From an uncultured Pelagibacteraceae bacterium (GTDB lineage: Bacteria; Pseudomonadota; Alphaproteobacteria; Pelagibacterales; Pelagibacteraceae): a DNA stretch of 64,000 bases. This document shows, piece by piece, positions 57,171-64,000 of the stretch; position 1 is the first letter of the stretch, and each line of letters begins with the position of its first letter. The stretch lies in the NCBI GenBank assembly GCA_902556505.1, contig CACDWM010000004.1, positions 5,716-69,715 on the forward strand, given 5' to 3'. The notes beneath the pieces are model-generated. The model did no database searches. It had not been told where the DNA came from and saw nothing but the letters and a program-made list of their open reading frames with translations. A program made the position numbers and the translations under genes.

Positions 57171-58602
57171 ATTTAATTTTTAAAATTATTGCAGGCAAGA
57201 AAGTTGCAATTAAAAAAGATAAAAATAATAATGATTGAGCTATAAAAGGTGAAAAGAAGTCTTTAGACAAAAATACTCCTACTAATAAGCTTTTAGAAAA
57301 ATCTGGAAATGGAAACATTAAAAATCCAGCAACTAGACCAATTATAATTGAAATATAAGCAGTTTTTTCATCCACTTTATTATAAAAACTATAAAAAACA
57401 GTCACTACAAACGCACAACAAAATAAATCTGCAAGTAAGAATAAATATAAAATATCAAATCCTTTTGAAGCTACTCCAAAAGAAATTACAGACAAGATTA
57501 AAATAAAATATTTAGATATTTTTAAGTAATCACTTTTTTTATCTAAGTTAAAAGTTGCTTTGCCATCAACTATAAACAAACTTGAAATAGCATTAACCAA
57601 GGTATCAACAGTAGAAATTGTTAATGCAAGACCAAGAATAATAATCAATAAGGATAAAATTTCAGTTTGTTCTTTTAATAATAAACTAAAAAAACCTAAA
57701 TCAGGTCTAACAGATGGATCCATTGAAAATGAAACCATTCCAATAAAACCCATCAAGAAAACTATTGGAACAATAATAAAGAAAGAAATTATTAAACTAC
57801 TTTTTAATATTTGATAATTTTTTGCTGCATATACTCTTTGCCAATTTCCTTGATGAAATAAATTAGTTGCTGCAACTGCTATAAAGAAAGTTAACCCGGC
57901 AGTATATCCTGGAATATAATTTGAACTTATTAGTTGAGGGTTTTTCTCATTAATTAAAGAAAATGAAAAATTATCTCCTGAAGATGAGCTAATAATTGAA
58001 ATCAAAATAAATAACAAAACACCAATTACAATCATTTGAATATTGTCAGTAAATATTGATGCTCTTAATCCCCCATAAAGAGTGTAACTTAAAGTAGCTA
58101 CTAAAACTATTAATGCTGTAATCCACAATTCTGTTCCAGATATATAATTAATTAATACAGCAACTGCCGTTACTTCTGCACAAAGAAAAATGAACATATA
58201 AAAGATTGTCATTAACAAAATTAACTTAAATAGACTTTTGCCAAATTTCTTTCTCATAAACTCAACTAAAGAAGATCCTTTTGGAAACTCATTTCTAATT
58301 TTTTTTCCAAAATAAATTAAGAAAATCATTGGAAAAGCCGTGCCTAATGCATAACCAATAACTGCACCTACTCCACCCCACGTTGCGGCTGCAACTGGTC
58401 CAAATAAAATCCAAGCTCCTAAAGCTGATGCTACAAGACTTGTAGTGAGCGAAAATAAACCAATGTTTCTATTTGCAGTTAAATAATTATTAATTCCTGG
58501 AAATTTTTTAGAATAAAAAATTCCTAAAAAAGCAAATATTAAACTAATTGCGGTTACTAATATTAATGATGTTGATTGAGTTAAAAAATATGTTTTATCC
58601 AT
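57163..58602 (-). CDS. thiV: Sodium:solute symporter, ThiV-type (thiamin precursor uptake)
   Basis: SSS motifs (ASALGAWIL, YGGLRASIFTD, WQRVYAA, STVD) and the upstream TPP-type riboswitch. Confidence 0.85.
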   Translation of the reverse strand: MDKTYFLTQSTSLILVTAISLIFAFLGIFYSKKFPGINNYLTANRNIGLFSLTTSLVASALGAWILFGPVAAATWGGVGAVIGYALGTAFPMIFLIYFGKKIRNEFPKGSSLVEFMRKKFGKSLFKLILLMTIFYMFIFLCAEVTAVAVLINYISGTELWITALIVLVATLSYTLYGGLRASIFTDNIQMIVIGVLLFILISIISSSSGDNFSFSLINEKNPQLISSNYIPGYTAGLTFFIAVAATNLFHQGNWQRVYAAKNYQILKSSLIISFFIIVPIVFLMGFIGMVSFSMDPSVRPDLGFFSLLLKEQTEILSLLIIILGLALTISTVDTLVNAISSLFIVDGKATFNLDKKSDYLKISKYFILILSVISFGVASKGFDILYLFLLADLFCCAFVVTVFYSFYNKVDEKTAYISIIIGLVAGFLMFPFPDFSKSLLVGVFLSKDFFSPFIAQSLLFLSFLIATFLPAIILKIKFR

Positions 58603-58675
58603 TTTATCCCTTTCTGAATTACCGGACAGGTTCTTAGGGTATGATCTCAGTCTGTTAAGACACCCCTTCTTACAA
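58603..58675 (-). ncRNA. TPP-type riboswitch (compact, variant)
   Basis: Minus strand AAGGGGTGTCTTAACAGACTGAGATCATACCCTAAGAACCTGTCCGGTAATTCAGAAAGGGATAAA-ATG: GGGGUG/AUACCC P2, CUGAGA, GAACCUG, UAAU, AGGGA. Confidence 0.88.
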
Positions 58676-58728
58676 TCATTATATTATATTAATCAATATA
58701 GCTAGTGATTTAAATTTTATTTATAAAA

Positions 58729-59022
58729 TTATTTTTGACTCTTATGATTCATTATTTCAATCATACATTGAGTTACGTACGCTCTCCACTCAGATGATGT
58801 TTTGTTCTTTAAACTATTTAGATGATTTCTGTTACTTTGAATGTCATCTTTATGCTTAATATAATCAGCTCCATTTAGATTTTTTTCCATTTCAGACAAA
58901 TTAGTTTCCATTGCCTTTATCCACTCGTTTCCAAGCTCAACACATTTTTGATCATCTTTTTCATCACAAATTTGTTTAAAAAAATTAAATATAACATCAT
59001 CAGTATTTACTGAAGTATTCAT
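58729..59022 (-). CDS. Hypothetical helical protein
   Basis: 97-aa ORF 3 nt after the pentapeptide gene; no motif recognised. Confidence 0.75.
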   Translation of the reverse strand: MNTSVNTDDVIFNFFKQICDEKDDQKCVELGNEWIKAMETNLSEMEKNLNGADYIKHKDDIQSNRNHLNSLKNKTSSEWRAYVTQCMIEIMNHKSQK

Positions 59023-59025
59023 TAA

Positions 59026-59538
59026 TTATTGTTTGCAGGTACCAATAGATTCTGGACCACAAGTTTGACCATTGGTCCATGTTGCTCCAGTTAAATTAGC
59101 TCCATCAAAATTAGCATTTGTGATGTTAGAAGAAGTAAAGTTAGCTTCCATTAAATTAGAGTTTTGAAAATTTGCTTCGATTAAAGTTGCTCCCATAAAA
59201 TCAACTCTAGTTAAATTAGCTCCAGTAAAGTTAGTTTTTTCAAAATTTGCGCCGATAGAAACCGATTCATAAAGATTGGCTCTTACAAAAGTAGACTCAG
59301 GAAAAGTACCAAACGATAGATTTGAAGTCATCATAATACTTTTATCAAAATTTACTTGAATAAATCTTGCAAATGAGAGGTTTGAATTTGGAATATAAAC
59401 ACCTTGCAAATCCTGACCATCTGAAAATACACAATTAGAATAATCTACACCTTCTGTTAAAGGATCTTCACAATTCCCAGCATATGAATTTGTGAAAAAA
59501 AATAAACTGAATAAAGCAATTAAGATTATTTTTTTCAT
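59026..59538 (-). CDS. Exported pentapeptide-repeat protein
   Basis: A(N/T)(L/F)xx repeats (ANFEK TNFTG ANLTR VDFMG ATLIE ANFQN...), signal peptide from MKKIIL (59538). Confidence 0.93.
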   Translation of the reverse strand: MKKIILIALFSLFFFTNSYAGNCEDPLTEGVDYSNCVFSDGQDLQGVYIPNSNLSFARFIQVNFDKSIMMTSNLSFGTFPESTFVRANLYESVSIGANFEKTNFTGANLTRVDFMGATLIEANFQNSNLMEANFTSSNITNANFDGANLTGATWTNGQTCGPESIGTCKQ

Positions 59539-59599
59539 AAGAAAAGTTAACAAATAAAATATGTCAAAACAATGAATGATTTAAATTTTAATAAAAATT

Positions 59600-60637
59600 T
59601 TATATTCTTACCTTTTTACCAGTTTTTGCACTTTTAGTTATTGCTGCGAAAATTTTGAGAGAAATTAAACCATCATTACCATTCACTTTTGGTTTAGCTT
59701 TTTTAGTCACTACATCAGCAAAATGGTTAATTTGGTTTACTAATGTATTGTCATCTTTTTTGTTTTTATCTTCATTAACAAAAATTTTGTTCCACCAACT
59801 TCTTTCTTTTTTATAGAACCAATATTTAAGATTAGGAAACTGTAAAGAGCCTTTAGTACCTCCAATCATATAAGCAGATTGGTCAGTAATTGGGTATGCA
59901 GGATTTTCTCCAGCTGTTAATTCGTAACTCCATGGCGCAACAATTGTATCTGACAAATTTAGTGTACAAAGTGCGCCTGAATTAAAGATCAAGCTTATTG
60001 TAGCTGTATCCTCTACATGAAATTTTCTAGTTTTATTTGTTGTAAATGCTTGAACATATTTTATTGAACCTAATAAATAACAAATCATATCAATATCATG
60101 CACTAAATTGATACCTAGAGGCCCGCCACCTTTACTAACTCTCCATTTTTCTTTGTAATAAGCTTTATGTTTATATAACCAGCATAAAACGTTTGCGGAA
60201 ACAATGTTGCCCAATTTACCTTTATTAATTACGTCTTTTACCTTAGAGACTATTGAATTGTGTCTACGATGATATCCAATCAGCAATGGAGTTTTATTCT
60301 TCTTAGAACTGGTTATAATTTTTTTTGCAGATTGAATATTATCTGAAATAGGTTTTTCTAACAAAACAGGAATTTTATTTTTTAAAAAACTTAAAGTATG
60401 TTTTTCATGCAATTGATTTGGGGTAGCAACTATTACAGCATCAAGTTTTTTTGAATTTAAAAGCTCTGATACATTTGAATACAATGGGATTTTATATTTT
60501 TTTGATAAATTTTTGGCGTTATTGCTAATATCTACTATTGAATGAAGATTTGCTTTCTTTGATTTTTGAATAGCTTTAATATGTTGTAAGCCCATTAAAC
60601 CTGTTCCAACTATAGAGATATTAATTTTTTTACTCAT
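59600..60637 (-). CDS. Gfo/Idh/MocA-family oxidoreductase
   Basis: GTGLMG, ATPNQLH, LEKPI, GYHRRH, INLVHDID. Confidence 0.93.
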   Translation of the reverse strand: MSKKINISIVGTGLMGLQHIKAIQKSKKANLHSIVDISNNAKNLSKKYKIPLYSNVSELLNSKKLDAVIVATPNQLHEKHTLSFLKNKIPVLLEKPISDNIQSAKKIITSSKKNKTPLLIGYHRRHNSIVSKVKDVINKGKLGNIVSANVLCWLYKHKAYYKEKWRVSKGGGPLGINLVHDIDMICYLLGSIKYVQAFTTNKTRKFHVEDTATISLIFNSGALCTLNLSDTIVAPWSYELTAGENPAYPITDQSAYMIGGTKGSLQFPNLKYWFYKKERSWWNKIFVNEDKNKKDDNTLVNQINHFADVVTKKAKPKVNGNDGLISLKIFAAITKSAKTGKKVRI

Positions 60638-60640
60638 AAA

Positions 60641-61609
60641 TTAATTAATTTTAATTTTTGTAAAGCATGTATACCTTTTATTAGGTTTAATTAAAGTGCT
60701 AGGAAAATTTTTTTTATTAGGAGCATCAGGAAAATATTGTGTTTCTAAACAAATACCTTGATAGGGAAATAATTTTTTTTTGTAATTTAGATTTTGTGCT
60801 GAATAAAGTTGAACACCGGGTAAATTTGAAAAAAAATCAACTTGAATATTAGTATTATTATTTTTTAAAGTTCCAACATAATTTCTAACATTTTTCTTTA
60901 CAACAAAAGTGTTATCAAAACCTTTAAATTTAACATTAAGTTTTTTATTTTTAAAATAATCTAATTTTTTTCTAATGTTTTCAAAATTCGAAAAATCGTA
61001 AATAGATTTGTGTACATTTTTAAATCTACCAGTTGGAATTAAATTTTTATTTATTTGAAGATATTTATATGAGTTTAATTTTAACTGATGACTATAAATC
61101 ATATTTTTTTTATTTTTTTCTAAGTTCCAATAACTATGATTGGTTAAATTAACATGAGTGCTTTTATTGGATTTGTATTCATATTTTATAATTAGATATT
61201 TATTTATTAATTGATAAGTACAATTGACAACAAGATCTCCCGGAAAGCCTTGATCGTCATTTACTGAATGAAGTTGATATACTATTTTATATTTTGTTTG
61301 ATTTAATTTTTTCCATGGGAGAATTGAGAAACCAATTTTACCACCATGCAGTATATTTTTTCCCTCATTTCCATTTAAGTTAAATTTTTTATTACCTATT
61401 TTAAATTTTGCATTGGAAATTCTACCCGCATATCTTCCACAAGTAGATCCAACACTTGGGTGTTTATATCGATAGTTTTGTTTTGATCCTAAGTTTAAAA
61501 TTAAATTTATTTTTTTTTTCTTGTGATAAACTTCAAAAAGACTGGCGCCGTAATTAAGAGTTTGAACTCGTAGAAATTTATTTTGAATTGTAGAACTTTT
61601 AACTTTCAC
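60641..61609 (-). CDS. galM: Aldose 1-epimerase
   Basis: GRYAGRI, LHGG, GFPG, NLTNHSYWNL, GFD, CLETQ.FPD. Confidence 0.92.
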   Translation of the reverse strand: MKVKSSTIQNKFLRVQTLNYGASLFEVYHKKKKINLILNLGSKQNYRYKHPSVGSTCGRYAGRISNAKFKIGNKKFNLNGNEGKNILHGGKIGFSILPWKKLNQTKYKIVYQLHSVNDDQGFPGDLVVNCTYQLINKYLIIKYEYKSNKSTHVNLTNHSYWNLEKNKKNMIYSHQLKLNSYKYLQINKNLIPTGRFKNVHKSIYDFSNFENIRKKLDYFKNKKLNVKFKGFDNTFVVKKNVRNYVGTLKNNNTNIQVDFFSNLPGVQLYSAQNLNYKKKLFPYQGICLETQYFPDAPNKKNFPSTLIKPNKRYTCFTKIKIN

Positions 61610-61614
61610 CTAGA

Positions 61615-62376
61615 TCAAGTTATACCACCATCAACAATAAAGCTTTGTTTTGTACATCCAGATGATTGATCTGATGCTAAAAACATTACCATTTGAGCAA
61701 CATCATTAGGTTTTAATTGTCTTTTTAAAGCCTGACTGTCTAAAATTAGCTTTTTGTACTTTGGTGTTAACCAATGTTTTATTTGTCTTTCAGTAGCTAT
61801 AGATCCAGGGACTACTGAATTGGTTCTGATATTATATTTCCCATACTCTTGTGCAAAAGATCTAGTTAAACCTACTACTGCAGATTTTGCAGTTTCATAA
61901 ACAACTTTATCACCTTCACCTAACATCCACGAAACTGAACTTAAATTTACAATCGAACCAGCTTTCATTTTTTTCATAGATTTAACGACAGCTTTAGCTG
62001 CAAAAAAATAATGTTTTAAGTTGATTGCCATTCTATTTTCCCAATATTTTTCATCCACCTGATCTGTTGTGTGTCTATCATCATTGGCTGCATTATTAAT
62101 TAAAGCATGTATTGGACCTTTTTTTGCAATAATATTTTTAATTGTTTTTTCTAATTTATTGATGTCTAACAAATTACATTCAATGAATGTTGGGGTTCTA
62201 AATTTATTTTTTTTAATTTTATTTAAAAGTTTTTTTGTTTCTTTTAGATCAATATCTACAAAATAAACTTCACTTCCTTGCTCACAAAAATGTTCGACTA
62301 TTGAAGCTCCAATGCCTGAACCACCACCAGTAATAAACACTCTTTTATTTTTTAAATCAGAATATTTAACTTTCAT
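61615..62376 (-). CDS. SDR sugar 1-dehydrogenase (Caulobacter XylB-like)
   Basis: Y.DLK.KRV.ITGGGSGIG, NNAANDDRH, YWENRM.INL.H, YETAK, TERQ. Confidence 0.88.
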   Translation of the reverse strand: MKVKYSDLKNKRVFITGGGSGIGASIVEHFCEQGSEVYFVDIDLKETKKLLNKIKKNKFRTPTFIECNLLDINKLEKTIKNIIAKKGPIHALINNAANDDRHTTDQVDEKYWENRMAINLKHYFFAAKAVVKSMKKMKAGSIVNLSSVSWMLGEGDKVVYETAKSAVVGLTRSFAQEYGKYNIRTNSVVPGSIATERQIKHWLTPKYKKLILDSQALKRQLKPNDVAQMVMFLASDQSSGCTKQSFIVDGGIT

Positions 62377-62378
62377 TT

Positions 62379-63473
62379 TTATATTCTCTCCTCAGTTTGA
62401 GCATCAAATAATGATGTTTGAGTTAAATCAAAATATAATTTTGTTTCTTTTGCTAATTCAATTTTTATTGTTGAAGGAAATTTAGCTAAGATTTCTTGAT
62501 TAGCATAATCAAAAGTCATTATCTGCTCGTGGCCGATGTACTCACTTAAATCCGCTCTTAAATTAATTTCAAAATCACTTTCATTGGATTTTTTAAAGTA
62601 AATATGCTCTGGTCTTATACCAAAGAAAACTTCTTTATTATTTAAATTAGATTTATCTATAAATTCATAATCTTTAATTGGAATTTCAACGTTAGAACCA
62701 CTTACTGAAAAAGATATTCCACCTGAGCTTTCTTTTAAACTTCCTTTAATTAAATTCATAGATGGTGATCCAATAAAGTCAGCTACAAAAGTATTGCTTG
62801 GTTTGTTGTAAATGTTTTCAGGTGTATCATTTTGTTGAATAACGCCATGATTCATAATTGCAATTCTTGTCCCTAAACTCATCGCTTCAGTTTGATCGTG
62901 AGTTACGTATACAACTGTTGTTTTTAATTGTTGATGAAGTTTTTTAATTTCTCTTCTCATCTCAACTCTTAATTTTGCATCTAAGTTAGACAGAGGTTCA
63001 TCAAATAAAAATATTCTAGGTTCTCTTACTAATGCTCTTCCAATAGCAACTCTTTGTCTTTGTCCTCCAGACAATTGAGATGGTTTTCTTTCTAACAATT
63101 GATCAACTTGTAAAAATTTAGATACCTTCTCTAACTGTTGTTCAATTTTTTCTTTTGAAGTCTTTGCTTGTTTCAGACCAAAAATCATATTCTCTCTTAC
63201 ATTCATTGAAGGATATAAAGCGTATGATTGGAAAACCATTGCAATATTTCTGTCTTTTGGCTCTACTTTACTGACATTATAATCATCAATAAAAACGTTA
63301 CCTTCGTTGATTGTCTCTAGCCCTGCAATAATGTTTAGCAATGTAGATTTTCCGCATCCTGAAGGACCTAATAAAACTAAAAAATTTCCCTCGTCTATCT
63401 CTAAATTAATTTTTCTTAATACTTCTGTAGACCCAAAATTTTTTGATAGATCTTCAATTTTTAATGTTTTCAT
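62379..63473 (-). CDS. Sugar ABC transporter ATP-binding protein (MalK/GtsD-like)
   Basis: GPSGCGKST, VFQSYALYP, LSGGQRQRV, DEPLSNLDAKLR, GIRPEH. Confidence 0.96.
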   Translation of the reverse strand: MKTLKIEDLSKNFGSTEVLRKINLEIDEGNFLVLLGPSGCGKSTLLNIIAGLETINEGNVFIDDYNVSKVEPKDRNIAMVFQSYALYPSMNVRENMIFGLKQAKTSKEKIEQQLEKVSKFLQVDQLLERKPSQLSGGQRQRVAIGRALVREPRIFLFDEPLSNLDAKLRVEMRREIKKLHQQLKTTVVYVTHDQTEAMSLGTRIAIMNHGVIQQNDTPENIYNKPSNTFVADFIGSPSMNLIKGSLKESSGGISFSVSGSNVEIPIKDYEFIDKSNLNNKEVFFGIRPEHIYFKKSNESDFEINLRADLSEYIGHEQIMTFDYANQEILAKFPSTIKIELAKETKLYFDLTQTSLFDAQTEERI

Positions 63474-63475
63474 TG

Positions 63476-64000
63476 TTATCCTTTCACTGCTCCTGAAGTT
63501 AATCCTCTAATAAAATATTTGCCTGCTAAAACATACACAATAAGTGTTGGCACTCCTGCTATGATTGCTGACGCCATATCAACATTGTATTCTTTAACAC
63601 TTGTACTAGATAAAACCATGTTATTTAGAGCAACTTGAATTGGTGCTGCCTCACCAAATGAAAAAGTTGATCCAAATAAAAAGTCATTCCAAATTTGAGT
63701 AAACTGCCAAATAACTGTTACCACAATTATTGGTGCTGATATTGGAAGTAAAATTTTGAAAAATATTTTAAAGAAACCTGCTCCGTCAATTCTTGCAGCT
63801 TTTACTAATTCTGTTGGAACTGACACATAGTAATTTCTAAAAAATAAAGTGGTAAATGGAATACCATAAACGGTATGAACCAAAACCAATCCAACTATAG
63901 AATTTGATATACCTAATACTCCTAAAGTTCTAGCCATTGGAAGTAGTATTGCTTGAAAAGGTATGAAACATCCAAATAATAAAAATAAGAATACCCAACT
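63476..64000 (-). CDS. Carbohydrate ABC transporter permease (GtsC-like), 5' part outside window
   Basis: EAA-like loop ELVKAARIDGAG, IWQFTQIWNDFLFG, GLTSGAVKG; frame open to window edge. Confidence 0.93.
   Translation of the reverse strand, partial: SWVFLFLLFGCFIPFQAILLPMARTLGVLGISNSIVGLVLVHTVYGIPFTTLFFRNYYVSVPTELVKAARIDGAGFFKIFFKILLPISAPIIVVTVIWQFTQIWNDFLFGSTFSFGEAAPIQVALNNMVLSSTSVKEYNVDMASAIIAGVPTLIVYVLAGKYFIRGLTSGAVKG

Noticed and set aside
59026-59538. Repeat array or CRISPR
   Set aside because: The 15-nt periodicity comes from pentapeptide codons; no repeat-spacer array or cas gene in the window.
1743-63510. Short track ORFs antisense to or nested in real genes (e.g. 1743, 3462, 6159, 10939, 19493, 24818, 30403, 42555, 45196, 57560, 62069)
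   Set aside because: Shadow frames of well-supported genes; no motifs or RBS, mostly non-ATG starts.

Overview
Very AT-rich, gene-dense bacterial DNA with tiny or overlapping intergenic spaces. Gene content (aprMBA, xsc, suyAB, amtB without glnK, TPP-riboswitch/ThiV-type symporter, sugar ABC locus) points strongly to a SAR11 / Candidatus Pelagibacter chromosome (inference from recognised proteins; no search run). In order: tRNA-Leu-tig-clpP-clpX-lon; small hypotheticals, UDG, YbgC; TRAP + NCS1 transporters with a divergent GMC oxidoreductase operon; an SGNH-sxtJ-sxtK-carbamoyltransferase cassette; an organosulfonate/sulfite module (xsc, suyAB, two sulfite/sulfate exporters, aprMBA, HIT hydrolase); pabBAC, metC, mnmA, cysQ, recX, rhodanese, bcp; amtB and HU; rseP, yajQ, SRAP, tesA/ybbAP; a carbonic anhydrase/SOUL/MCD-like/TSUP run; a DmdA-like demethylase; yadGH; thiV; a sugar-oxidation locus. 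I saw no mobile element, prophage or CRISPR array. Best leads outside standard annotation: a three-hairpin, CU-loop RNA in the amtB 3' region resembling a base-pairing sRNA; a 27-aa ultra-basic peptide gene with its own promoter and RBS; a TPP riboswitch with an altered pyrophosphate-sensing half; a HIT hydrolase placed to clear APS next to aprMBA; and several small ORFs missing from the ORF track. Family calls come from motif recognition by eye.
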